Shown here piece by piece: positions 1 to 13,390 of a DNA stretch of 64,000 nucleotides. The position numbers and the translations under genes are program-made. Position 1 is the stretch's first letter. Each line of letters opens with the position of its first letter. The stretch spans positions 29,512,001 to 29,576,000 of the forward strand of contig OZ024746.1 of the NCBI GenBank assembly GCA_964016885.1. Direction: 5' to 3'. This stretch comes from Eledone cirrhosa (Eukaryota). The notes under the pieces were generated by a model. It was not told where the DNA came from and made no database searches. It saw nothing but the letters and a program-made list of their open reading frames with translations.

Positions 1-84
1 GGCGGGATTTGAACTCAGATCGTAAAGGGACGTAACTATGCTGGAAAGCATGGCGTCCGACCCTCTACCGATACTGCCAATCCA
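1..84 (-). mobile_element. Young tRNA-derived SINE, 5' part (cut by window edge)
   Basis: Reverse complement reads TGGCAGTATCGG (A-box-like) ... GAGTTCAAATCC (B box); near-identical to full copies at 16090 and 61995. Confidence 0.85.
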
Positions 85-224
85 CATATATAATATTCTC
101 CATTCTGGTACTGATCACTTCTCTTCATATCTAACTGTGTCTGTGTGTGTGCGGGTGTATGTGTGTATTTTTGTCTGAACGTATGTCTGTGTACGTCTGT
201 AACTCTGTAAGTCTGCGTCTTTGT

Positions 225-1200
225 TTGTCTGTATATGTCTGCGTCAGTGTCTGTGTATGTCAGTGTATGTCAGTGTATGTTAGTGTCTGTGTATGTCAGT
301 GTATGTCAGTGTCTGTGTATGTCAGTGTCTGTGTATGTCAGTGTATGTGTATGTCAGTGTATGTCAGTGTATGTTAGTGTCTGTGTATGTCAGTGTATGT
401 CAGTGTCAGTGTATGTCAGTGTCTGTGTATGTCAGTGTCTGTGTATGTCAGTGTATGTGTATGTCAGTGTATGTCAGTGTCAGTGTATGTCAGTGTATGT
501 CAGTATCTGTGTATGTCAGTGTCTGTGTATGTCAGTGTATGTCTGCGTCAGTATATGTCAGTGTCAGTGTATGTCAGTGTCTGTGTATGTCAGTGTCTGT
601 GTATGTCAGTGTATGTCAGTGTCTGTGTATGTCAGTATATGTCAGTGTCTGTGTATGTCTGTGTATATCTATGTCTCTATCTGTGTATGTCAGTGTATGT
701 CAGTGTCTGTGTATGTCAGTGTCTGTGTATGTTAGTGTCTGTGTATGTCAGTGTATGTCAGTGTATGTCAGTGTCTGTGTATCTCACTGTCTGTGTATGT
801 CAGTGTATGTCAGTGTCTGTGTATGTCAGTGTCTGTGTATGTCAGTGTCTGTGTATGTCAGTGTATGTCAGTGTCTGTGTATGTCAGTGTCTGTGTATGT
901 CAGTGTCTGTGTATGCCAGTGTATGTCAGTGTCTGTGTATGTCACTGTCTGTGTATGTCAGTGTATGTCAGTGTCTGTGTATGTCAGTGTCTGTGTATGT
1001 CAGTGTATGTCAGTGTATGTCAGTGTCTGTGTATGTCACTGTCTGTGTATGTCAGTGTATGTCAGTGTCTGTGTATGTCAGTGTCTGTGTATGTCAGTGT
1101 CTGTGTATGTCAGTGTATGTCAGTGTCTGTGTATGTCTGTGTATATCTATGTCTCTATCTGTGTATGTCTCTGTCCATCAATGTCTGTCTGTGTATGTCT
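225..1200. repeat. Minisatellite of 10/16-bp units GTATGTCAGT / GTATGTCAGTGTCTGT
   Basis: Direct tandem repetition visible; explains ORFs at 147-1449. Confidence 0.95.
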
Positions 1201-1468
1201 GAATGTATTCCGAGTGTTATAATGGAAGATTCTGATATCATAGATATTTGCAAAAATATAATACTAACATTATATATTAAAAGTACATTATATACCGAGA
1301 TTCATATGGTTGCTCCTAGTTTACATTATTATTACAGTTATTATACTTTATGCCACACAAAAAAACAATGTTGTAGAAATATATCTTATTATGATTTTTG
1401 GCATCGATATGGCTTCGACGAAAACCGTATATATGTTCGTCAATTGTAGCAAATAGGAGAGGCTATAC

Positions 1469-1511
<43 letters not shown>

Positions 1512-1554
1512 AGAATGGAAGAAAATAATTGAATCCTGTTATGATAGCTATGTA

Positions 1555-1602
<48 letters not shown>

Positions 1603-1707
1603 TACATAACTCTCTTGTATATAGACTCATTCTGAATCACGCTGGTAATTTATAACAGATAAACATATTACATATGTCAGAAACATTCTACACACACACA
1701 TACACAC

Positions 1708-1748
<41 letters not shown>

Positions 1749-1799
1749 TATATATATATGAGAAAAATGGAGAGCTGCGTGGTTGCACATGGGTTACAT

Positions 1800-1979
1800 A
1801 TGAATAAAATTAGTTCTTCATCAGTGTTTGTTTACATGTCTCGCTCGTTTCACCCTATTTTACTTGTCCCAATAACTTTATTTGTTATTGCTCGCGCCAA
1901 CTAGAGGTATATGATTTTTAAAGCGATGAAATACCAATGAAAGTTGGAAGATCACTGATGAAGGACTAATTTTATTTAT
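1800..1979. mobile_element. Short repeat with 27-bp terminal inverted repeat containing CTGATGAAGGACTAA; homologous to 22217-22370
   Basis: 1800-1826 is the near reverse complement of 1953-1979; body matches 22217-22370 (GAGGTATATG..TTTAAAGCGATGAAATACCAATGA..GTTGGAAGATCACTGATGAAGGACTAA); both copies end in (TA)n. Confidence 0.65.
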
Positions 1980-1987
1980 ATATATAT

Positions 1988-2028
<41 letters not shown>

Positions 2029-2492
2029 AGAGTCTTAAGGTTTCGGACGTTAGTCTTGCAATAAAAAGAAGATGGAATGATAGATAAGAAGAAATAGAAA
2101 GATAGTCTAGAATGAAAAGATGAAGAAACGTTAACCAATCTTCTTACTCACCTAATCATTATTGCTGTATGCAACAGAGTATTCAGTCCTCGATTCCAAT
2201 AAAAGGCTTCGACAGTTGTTGTCTATTCTGCAATAAATTAACACAAAATACATTACAATACTATTTTTTTATCTTTTGAAAATTCCATAGAATTTTAATC
2301 TACCTAATAATTATACTTCTATATGTTGGCAACTGTCCAACCATATTTTACTAATTATACATTATTAATCAGCATAAGCTAGTAATTCTCTCACATTACC
2401 AAAGGGGAAATTTAGATTAAGTGAAATAACGATATAAATATATGTTACTTGATTTAGGAAAATGTGAAATATTTTTAAAACGCCATATAGGA

Positions 2493-2681
2493 ATAATTGT
2501 TTCTACTTTAGGCACAAGGCCAGCAATTAACCAGTACATTACTGGTACTTTATTTTATCGACCCCGTAAGGATGAAAGGCAAAGTCAACCTCGGCGGGAT
2601 TTGAACTCAGACCGTAAAGGGACGTAACTATGCTGGAAAGCATGGCGTCCGACTCTCTACCGATACTGCCAATCCAGCGCC
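2493..2681 (-). mobile_element. Young tRNA-derived SINE, full length
   Basis: Full consensus; flanking duplication ATATAGGAATAAT / ATATAAGAATAAT. Confidence 0.9.
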
Positions 2682-2695
2682 ATATAAGAATAATG

Positions 2696-2860
2696 AGGCG
2701 AGATAGCCTACTCGTTACGACGCCGGGTTAGAAATGAGTCGGTATTTTATCCGGCTCACTGAACTCTGAGCTCAAATCCTGCCATGGTCATTCTTTAATT
2801 TTCATGATTTTGCATGTGATAAAATAAAGTACCAGTCAAGTACTAGGGTCGACTCTACAT
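2696..2860 (+). mobile_element. Old diverged SINE of a related family
   Basis: CTGAGCTCAAATCCTGCC B-box remnant followed by GATAAAATAAAGTACCAGTCAAGTACTAGGGTCGA. Confidence 0.6.
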
Positions 2861-5800
2861 CCATCTCTCTTTATCCGATTTTTTCACTCTCGAGAACAAA
2901 TAAGCTGCTCTCTGGCGTGGAGAGGAATGGGTTTCGCAATACCATCACACACCATGTACCTGTAAGGTGTTCATACGGTTCCATCAGATAGTTAAGGTAT
3001 ATGTTTAGCCATATAAAACATAACATTATTCTAAACATGAATATAGAGTTCTCTTTTTCTAATTACTATTAAATAATAAAGAGGAGCAATTATGTAGAGA
3101 ATATGAATTTCTTTTGTAATTGTTTGGAGGGGGGAAAGCGTGTGCATCCTATGAAGTACACGAGGACATTGTGTATTAAGACAACATTTCTCCACGTGGA
3201 GTGAAATGCTATTAAATGTAGTAATATAGCATGACCAAATAGTAAGGTTTCAAGTTCCTTTCTACAACGTGGTATCTTAGGTAAGTAACTTTGTAGTATA
3301 GCCGCGGGTTGACTGAGGTGTTGCCAGTGGAATTAAATAGATGGAAAATGAATGAATGTGCAACAGATGGATTTAACCTATAATTCAAATGGACAGCCTT
3401 GTCACAAACTCTATCAATGTTGAATCACTTTGAGAGTTACGTAAGGGTACACGAGTGTGTGGAATACAAGCAGGCCTATTCCGTCACGCAGTAGAATGGA
3501 TCTCAGAAACTTGTGATTGTGGATCGAACCTCTTAATTCTTTGGCCATGTGTCATCTACTCAATGTTTCATAGACAATCGCTTAATATCGAAAAACAATT
3601 TTGTCCATTATTCTATCGCTTCTGCTGATTATTTTATCATTCTCCTAAATCAATATCTTGCAATTATAAAATATTGTATTTATAGAGGATTTGAGAATCC
3701 ACTCGCGGGAATTTTAATTCATTCATTATACAGTAGCCATCGATATTTCAATTCACTTTACAGAAGCCAGAAAAATGAGCAAGAAATTATTGATTTCTTA
3801 ATTAGGTAATTAGAGTTGAAACCTTAGGTAGGTGGAGTTAAGTATCTCGATTAATAAAATATAAAAACGCCCCTAGTTATATATGAACTTGTGACCTCCT
3901 ACAGACAACGGACGTGACACATTTCAATCAGTCTTAATAGCTGTAGAGTTTATGCCATTTGTAACGCCGTTAAATTTCAATGCCGTTAACTTAATGTTAT
4001 GTAGAGAAACATAGGTAGGCAAGGACAGATAAATTTGAAGAATCAGTAGTCTTGAAGAAAATACCTCCAACTATTTCATTGCACCCATTTACGTTCTCAG
4101 TTCAAATTCCACCCAGGTCGACTTCGTTGTGTATGCTTCTGAAGACGATAAAAAAAGTACCATCAGCGTATTGTGGTGAATTCTATAGGTTTTTCAGTTC
4201 CTACATACAAATTGTTGGAATTGTGTCTGAATTAGAAACCTTATTGTAGTGTGTACAACGCCTTTAATTTCTATTGGGCTGGAAAGAAGGGAGGAGAAAT
4301 TGATTGAACAGATCAGTATAGAGAGTGGAAAAACTATCTTGAGGTATTTCGTTGAATCCTTTTATGTTCAGATTTCAAAATCATGTCGAGATTAACTTTG
4401 TTTTTCTTTTATAGTCGTAGAAAACAATGCCTTCTTGAATTTCATTCCGCTCTCGGCTCTCTGAATTGAAATGCTGCCTGGATAACTTTCCATTTCATAC
4501 TTTCAGGCTCGTTAAAATAAAGTAAAAATTAGGAAACCAGGGCGTCGGATGAGACTCCTTGTTTCTGCTCTATACGTTCTAATTTAAAATTAGTGTTAGG
4601 ATACCTTCCTCCTTTCGTAACTGCTCTCACCATCTAATTATCATCTATGTAATAATTAATAAAGAGGACACATTGGGAAATGTAGTCATTCATAGACATT
4701 CCAGACATGATGGTCACGCCTGGAATGTCTTTGATGATAGGGTATGCTCGATCAGAACCGAGATGAAACCTAGACAACAAAAAAAATAAGCAATCGAATG
4801 ATTTAACTAGACCAAAGAAGTGAAATTACACAGTAAATAATTTGGTAAACTTTTCGGTTGATCAATCTCTGGCAGATGTCTTGTTATCAACGTTGATTTA
4901 GACATTGTCTATAATACGTTGAACAGCAAAGATCAATTCAAAGATCGATCGATCAGATTAGGAGAGGAAGAGAGAATAGCGAACTAATGTGATTATGATT
5001 ATCACTATTATTATTTCTTCGACAGATTCATATGAGTTTTTGCTGCACAACCACGTGTATCTCTGTTCCATTAAGGTGTGCAAAGTTGTAGGTTTTTATT
5101 TTATTTTATTTTATTTTTGAATGGGGGTGGGGGTATAGTGACCTGTTAGTGTACCACATTAGTTTAGTTTTGTTATGGGATTTAGCTTGCCGTTTCTGGC
5201 ACTATCCTTATTAAAAGGCATGAAGACGGCACTGGCCATAATGGCACCCAAGAATGCACCAGTTTACTTCACATATGGTGGCACTGCTGCCACAATAAAG
5301 TGCACAAATGTCACTCTGGAAGGTGTTAGTGCTGCTTTCAGGGGAATATACACCAAGCCCATTCTGTAAATTGTCAGTACTGTACAACGATAAGATGTAC
5401 ACGGTATATAATGTAAAGTTGCTGGCCTTAGGAAGAGCTATGCCACATTCCAGCGTTCGAGCAAGATGGGGGTCATCTAATCTGTCTAGTCTTAGATACT
5501 GGCAACTAGTCTATTGTATGTGTGTGAAACACGACCTAACATGATGATGATGATGATGTATCGAGTCTTAGAGCATGACAACCAATCTATCCCATGTGTG
5601 TAGAAGACTTGAATAATAGCAAAGATAATAATCTTTTATTTATTACTCCCGTTAAGTCTCATTCATTCTGACAATAAAACTACCTTTTAAATTTGTTAGA
5701 AACTATGTGACTATAGCCAATTCAGTTATATAAGGTCGAGAGGAGGATAAGAGACATTGCAAAGTTTATTAAGATATCAAAGATATTAAAGATGTTACAC

Positions 5801-6136
5801 AAAATAATTAGACGGTTATACAAAATTCCAATAAAGTTAGAGTAATTTACTTCGAAGATAGCAAGGAATTTCATTTGAAACTGAGTTTAAACTAAAATAA
5901 TTTTATTGGAGAAAAGTCATTTTAGCATTTCACAAATAGACAAAAAGCTGTTAAATTGAACTTTATATTTAACATTTATTTTTTCGTGTCAAAATATTGT
6001 TTACGACCTGGTTTCTGCCCAAAATGATTAGGACAGAGTTAGCGACCAGGTCACATATAGTGCGACAATCGATATCAAGAAATGACTAAGTGGCGGTGCC
6101 CCAGCATGGCTGTAGCCCCTCGGCTGGAACGCAAAT

Positions 6137-6167
<31 letters not shown>

Positions 6168-8380
6168 GTGTAAAGTGAAATTAAGCGTTTTATGGAAACT
6201 AGAAAACCAAACACGTTTCCTCCATCCACACACGGATGAGAGTACACCATCAGCTAAATTGGATTAGATCGCTCTACGTTGACTTTCTTTCTCAACATAT
6301 ATTTCACATTTAGATTAACAACTCTGGTCGTCATCTTGTCTAATAATATGTTTCTCTATGGAGCAGCAGACAACCAAAACTTTTCAACAGCCGTTTAAAA
6401 TAAAAGCCCAGAACACCAAGTTGTTATTTTAAAAAAGAAAACACAAACTTTCAAACCGTTTAAATCATTTTAAAAGAAAATTCGTTTTACATTTCTTGAA
6501 CAATTTGTAATAATATTAACAATAACAACAACAACAACAACAACAATGATGATAATAATAATAATAATGGTTACAAATAAAATGAATGGTAATAAAATTC
6601 AGCCATTAACCCAACCAATGATTGAGGCTGTTGTATCTTCCATACCATTTCTTCCAAGATATATTGCACTCGTGAGACTCAAATGATAAAGCAGCCGACA
6701 TTACATAAAATGCTATTTCATACTAAAGTATAGTTGTAAATCCGTCTAAATTCAAAGCTTACAATCGAAATCACAAAACATGGCAGACCCCGTCATTTTA
6801 TTTATATATATTTTTTCGAATATCTTTTACTGTTGCCTGTATGAGCAAACTGACTTCAGTAAATCGGAGTAGGATGACGGCTATTTCAAATAAATGTCGG
6901 ATTAATTCAATTCCCTAGAGGAATATAAAATATGTAAATTCGATTTAGCCTATAATTAACCCGTGTGGATATTGATTTTCAAATTAGCATCTGTAATAAT
7001 GGTTGCAGACGCACAATTTACTTACAACAATTGAGCAGATCAAAATCTTGCCTGGTTTGCAGATGAAAAAAATGAAGTGGGATCAATAGGTAGATGACCA
7101 AACCAAAGGAATTCCTGGCAAATATTTCTATCCTGCTGTCATATATTTATATGTTCAGTGTTTAGTCCTGTAATAGTGGGGTATGTGCTTATAACACTTA
7201 TCAGTCGCTCCGCGACTTCTGAAAGCGCGTGAGTGTAATATGATATGGAGTTCGTGTGTAGGTAACTCAACCAAAAGACTTCCGGGCAAATATTTTTTCC
7301 TGTTGCTTATTTTTACTGTTTAACCAAAGAAAGAAAAGTAATGGTTACGACGCATTTCAAGACATCCGTGATACGTGGGAGTGGGGAGGAATGTATCTTT
7401 TAACAGGAAACAAATCCCTAATGCTTTCATTAGAGATGACTTTGCTGAAGGCACTCTGCGACGAGACGGTGGTGTTACTATTGAAGAAGTCTACAGCGGT
7501 ATTTGAACAAATATTGCAAGGCAATTTCGTCTGAAGCTCACACAATTTCTCAAATCCACATTAAAGGATGAAATGCGAATGTGACAACCAGAAAATCTAA
7601 ACTCAGAGTAAGGACAGAGAGCTAGAATAAATACCGAAAGATATGTTGTCCTCTGTTCTCATGACTTTGACAATCTACCGTATGTAACCAAATTTTCGCT
7701 GGTTGAACCATTTTGCGAAACAGCAACATTTTCATGTGTTGTTTTTGACCACCATCAGTTCCGACGGTGAGTGTTCCAGGTGTTTCATCAATAGAACAGA
7801 CCACTCATAGCATTAGCGTACAAGTGGCTGAGCATTCTACATACACATGTAGTACCATTAAGGTAATTCTCAATGTAATTCACCGTGATTGTGTTTGACA
7901 AAACTGGCCTTTTCAATCACAGGTTCAAATCATTTTTCCCAGCTGAGTGAACTGGAGCTACCTCTTGCTCGAGGAAACAATGCCCAATTAACATACGATA
8001 GTCAGTTGAGCACCTTAACCCCTATTCCACGCGCGTCCATAACATTTTCATACAATTGACTACAAAGACAATATACCATATTTAACTCCCAGCCAGTGGT
8101 TCAGGCCTCAATTACATTACACACTACCTTGTTTAAATACATACTACGAAAAAAAAAAAAAATAAAGAGTAAACAATGCTAGAATTTGGTATACCGAAAA
8201 TGTGTGCAAGCCAGTAGGTGTGAATCTACATCATTTTATTTATTACATAATAACTGTTATACCCATTTCGGTTCATTATCTAATACAACATATACAAAGT
8301 ATATATATAAATATACAAAGTATAAATAAATATATATATATATATATATATAAATATATATATAAATATATATATATATA

Positions 8381-8971
8381 CTAGCAGTGGTACCCAGCGT
8401 TGCACGGGATAAGGTATTGTGAAATATATAACCGCCTTAGTAAGCTTAGTATTGCCACAACCACGGCTGGCAAAGAAGTAAGGGTCTGGTGGTACGTAAG
8501 TAAGCAACACTGTGGCTTAAAACGTGAGGAAGAAGTTGTGTGCACTTACCAATTGTTTGGGGAATGAGTGTGAGATTTGTCTTGAGCAAGGGTGGCGGAA
8601 TAAACGGAGGCAGCAGACAGCCAGACATACAGACAGATATTATAAGGGCAAGTCTGGACGCAGAGCGAATTGTAGGAAGTGACGTAATGCAGACAGCCAG
8701 ACATACAGACAGATATTATAAGGGCTCGACGTTATATGTATGTATCTATCTAAAAAGAGAAAGACTAAGAATTATAGAAAAAGATCACTATATCGCCTAA
8801 TGTGGTCCCTAGGGCATTGACAATTTGAAATCTTTTTTGCTCGGAACACTCCCTGAAACATAAGTATTATATGTGTAAATTTTGAAAACAGTCGGTTGGG
8901 TGGTTCTCTAGTTTTCAGGATTCAAACTCACACACACACAGACAGACATCCTCAGTTTTATATATATATAG

Positions 8972-8972
<1 letters not shown>
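8381..8972 (-). mobile_element. Non-autonomous Helitron-like element
   Basis: Minus strand starts TCTATATATATATAAAACTGAGGATGTCTGTCTG and ends with hairpin CCCGTGCAACGCTGGG then TACCACTGCTAG; inserted between A and T with no TSD; internal duplication of GCAGACAGCCAGACATACAGACAGATATTATAAGGGC. Confidence 0.75.
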
Positions 8973-9017
<45 letters not shown>

Positions 9018-9020
<3 letters not shown>

Positions 9021-9083
9021 TTGCAGACACCCCCAATCATTCAAATAGTGCATATATATATATATGGGGGTGTCTGCAAATGT
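9018..9083. repeat. 18-bp perfect inverted repeat next to (TA)n
   Basis: CATTTGCAGACACCCCCA ... TGGGGGTGTCTGCAAATG. Confidence 0.85.
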
Positions 9084-9119
9084 GAATAAATAGGTATTTT
9101 TTAAGTATTAGCATAGCAT

Positions 9120-9181
<62 letters not shown>

Positions 9182-9252
9182 TTGTCTCCAGGAAAGGTAA
9201 TACCATTTCAACTTTTAGACAAAAGAGAGCGAAATATGATTAGGTTTTATTA

Positions 9253-9430
9253 ATTGACAGTATCGGTAGAGGGTTGGACGCCATGCTTTCTAGCATAGTT
9301 ACGTCCCTTTACCATCTGAGTTCAAATCCGCCGAGGTTGACTTTGCCTTTCATCCTACAGGGTCGATAAAATAAAGTACCAGTAATGCACTGGGTAATTG
9401 CTGGCCTTGTGCCTAAAGTAGAAACAATTA
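9253..9430 (+). mobile_element. Young tRNA-derived SINE
   Basis: Matches consensus on the plus strand, ends GTAGAAACAATTA. Confidence 0.9.
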
Positions 9431-9460
9431 ATTTCACTAAAAATGAATACACAAAAACAC

Positions 9461-9617
<157 letters not shown>

Positions 9618-10013
9618 GGAACATATGTGTGTGTTTGTAATAGTCTTTGTTTAGTGGAAATAATAATAATAAAAATGAAAAGCTGAATATCATATGTAGT
9701 TGAGTGTTATCTGCGGAATGTTATAATGTAGTTTAGAGACTGTCTGACACATCTGTGTACAAAATAGCCGCCATCTTCTTTAAGTGGTTACATATAAGTA
9801 ATAGCACACATTTTCAATTAACGTGTCGCCTTGCAAATAGTGCTGTCCACGTATGTTGTAGCAGACATTTTCAACTAGAGCGTCGCCGAACATATAGAAG
9901 TGTTCACATATATTTAAGCAGGCATTTTCCGCTTCCGTGTGGCTGTACAAATATTATTGTTCACCTATACTGTGTGTATATGTGTGTGTATATATATGTT
10001 GTCTATATTTATC

Positions 10014-10089
<76 letters not shown>

Positions 10090-10103
10090 TGTGTGTGTGT
10101 GTG

Positions 10104-10183
<80 letters not shown>

Positions 10184-10354
10184 TATATATATATGTACAT
10201 GTATATATATATATGTATATACGTATGTGTGTGTGTGTGTGTGTAGGACACCTTTCACTCACAAACTTCCACCCTTTGTTGTCGAAAAATTCGATAAATT
10301 CAAAAATTTTTTAATCAAAAAAGAGCAACTGCGAATTACAATCGTGCCTGTGTG

Positions 10355-10416
<62 letters not shown>

Positions 10417-10527
10417 ATGTGTGTGTGTGTGTGTATGTGTGTGTGTATGTGTGAGTACATATCGAAAGACATGTAGATCGATGGATGGTTAGATTGGGGA
10501 AAGAGAAAGGAAAACAAAAATAGTATG

Positions 10528-10658
<131 letters not shown>

Positions 10659-10733
10659 ATATTTATCAGTAAAGTGAAAACTTAATATAGTTTAAATAAG
10701 AGGATATTGTATGAGATGTAATTTTGAGAAGCA

Positions 10734-10778
<45 letters not shown>

Positions 10779-10855
10779 TAAATATATATATATCTACATA
10801 AATACATATATACATACATATATATATATATATGTATATATATATAGATATATAC

Positions 10856-10899
<44 letters not shown>

Positions 10900-10962
10900 G
10901 TATATATATATATATACATATACATATACATATATATATATATATATACATATATATGTTTA

Positions 10963-11052
<90 letters not shown>

Positions 11053-11469
11053 AAGAAAACACCCAAAACAGAGTCACATAGCCAACAAGTAAAGTTTGAT
11101 TATAACATAGTATCGACGACCGTGCCAAGTGATTTACAAATGAATTGACCAATCGTTGTTGTATCCTAGCTGTTGTTATGACAACGTTAATTTCATTCCC
11201 ACTATTTCACTCCACTACAACACCCATACATACCCTCCCCACTCGACAGTGTGTGAATTTTTTGCTGTTATGGTGGTTATTTGTTTAGTCGGTTGCTTTG
11301 TGGTTTTCGTTATTGTTATTTGGTATTGGTTGTTGGAGTTTTATTTCTTTCATTTCATTTGTCTTTTTATATTAATTTTTTTACACAATCGAAACAATAT
11401 AAAAAAAAAAAACGAGGAATAAGAAGTTAAATATAGACAGAGAGAGAGAGGGGGGTAGAGAAAGAGAAC

Positions 11470-11543
<74 letters not shown>

Positions 11544-11820
11544 AGAGAGAGAAGAAGAATATTTCAATAAAATAATATTAAGCAGAGATTGGGACAAAGT
11601 GGGTTGGGGGAGGGGGGGGAGGTTGAAGTAGGAGGAATGAAAGAAGGAGGAGGAGAGAGGGATAGTATTAGGGAGAAGGAAAGAGGCGATGTAAAAGGAG
11701 GAAAACATTGAAATACGAAGAGATGAAGAAGAAAGAGTAAATGGGGATGGGGATGTAGATGATGATTTCAGAGATAAATTGAAAGAGAAAATGTGAATAT
11801 CAATTAAATAACTATAAAAT

Positions 11821-11899
<79 letters not shown>

Positions 11900-12079
11900 A
11901 AGAAATAGAAACTCAGAACATTTCAATAACCCTCACCACCATAATTATTGGCACCAACACCTCGCTTGATCAGGTTGATGATGATGACTATCCTCAGAAT
12001 CATCATCATCGTTACAATAATATTCTGAAATTTAATCGTCTCAACGTCACTGCCTATAATGATATTTGAACACAATATA

Positions 12080-12135
12080 TGGCAGTGTCGGTAGAGGGTC
12101 GGACGCCATGCTTTCCAGCATAGTTACGTCCCTTT
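12080..12135 (+). mobile_element. 5' fragment of young SINE
   Basis: GGCAGTGTCGGTAGAGGGTCGGACGCCATGCTTTCCAGCATAGTTACGTCCCTTTA, then switches to LINE sequence. Confidence 0.85.
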
Positions 12136-12322
12136 ATTTCAATGTGCAGGCCTATAGCTCCAACCGAATACCTAAACAGGCACGACAGAGCTGCACAATA
12201 CATACATTGGGTAATGTGTAAGCAATTTGACCTGCCCCATCAAAAGAATTGGTGGGAGCATCAACTACGTACTTGAAAAAGGTCACATCTAAATCTTGTG
12301 GAACTTTAGCATCCAAAATGAT
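12136..12322 (+). mobile_element. R4/Dong-type (RLE) non-LTR retrotransposon fragment
   Basis: Manual translation ISMCRPIAPTEYLNRHDRAAQYIHWVMCKQFDLPHQKNWWEHQ (frameshift) VLEKGHI*ILWNFSIQND, matching the EYxxRHD...HW...WxEH...ILWDFxIQTD pattern of R4/Dong ORFs. Confidence 0.75.
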
Positions 12323-12340
12323 ATTTGAACACTATATATA

Positions 12341-12515
12341 GCAGTATCGGTAGAGGGTCGGACGCCATGTTTTCCAGCATAGTTACGACCCTTTACGGTC
12401 TCAGTTCAAATCCCGTCGAGGTTAACTTTACCTTTCATCCTTACGGGGTCGATAAAATAAAGTACCATTAATGTACTGGGTAATTGCTGGCCTTGTGCCA
12501 AAAGTAGAAACAACT
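12341..12515 (+). mobile_element. Young tRNA-derived SINE
   Basis: Consensus match; ACTATATATAG on both sides (likely TSD). Confidence 0.9.
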
Positions 12516-12746
12516 ATATATAGTAGTGAAGATCTAGTAAAGTGTTTCTGTAGATGGAAAAAGTGGACATTACGACAATATATATTATCCCTTCCTAAAC
12601 ATATACAATACAAAACCTTTCTAAGAGAAAAGAGAAAATCTGGTTATATTTCAGAAAATGTGTTTCTAATTGTTTAAGCAGCAATGTTGTACATTTAAGT
12701 GAGATTGTTCGTTTGTCAAGAGGAATTTATCAATATCATCTTTTTG

Positions 12747-13390
12747 TAACCAAATCCTTTGATACCGACCCCGGTGTTATGATACATAATTGTTTATATT
12801 AAAGTGTTTAGATTTATCTAAAACCTTTCATTATCAATTCGTCTTAGAATCTAGAAATTCTGTTCTAAATCTCAGCTTAACCCTTTTGATACCAAAGGAC
12901 ATGACACCAGTCCTGATTCTGTGATGCAAAACTGTTTGTGTTAAAGTGTTTACATTTATCTAAAACCATTCCATCATAATTTTATGTAAGAACATTTAAG
13001 TTATGTTTCCAACACTACCTTAAATTTTTGTCACTAAACCACCTGTAATTGCCCACGCTTTTATAACATAAAACTTTTTATTTTAAACTTTTTATATTTA
13101 TCTACGAACCTTCCTTCATAATTTCATCTAAGAACATTTCTTCTGTCCCAAACTGGAGGTTAACCCTTGAGATATCAATCGATATGAAACTAGCTCTAGT
13201 TCTCATACGAAACTGTTTTGATGTATAGACATTTATTTAAATATCTTTTATAATTTTATGTAATAATACAGATTAATGACGAGAAAAGTTTTTTTTTTTA
13301 ATATATTACGAAATCCATCCAAATTCAAAAATATTTGAAAATCATAGGAAGTGTTTTCATTAGAAATATGTTAAAGAAATGTTTAAAGTA
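12747..13390 (+). repeat. Four diverged ~135-bp tandem units starting (T)TAACCCTT..GATACC (piggyBac-end-like)
   Basis: Units near 12747, 12877, 13020 and 13160 share AAAGTGTTTA(G/C)ATTTATCTAAAACC-TTCCATCATAATTT; TTAA|CCC start resembles a piggyBac terminus. Confidence 0.55.
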
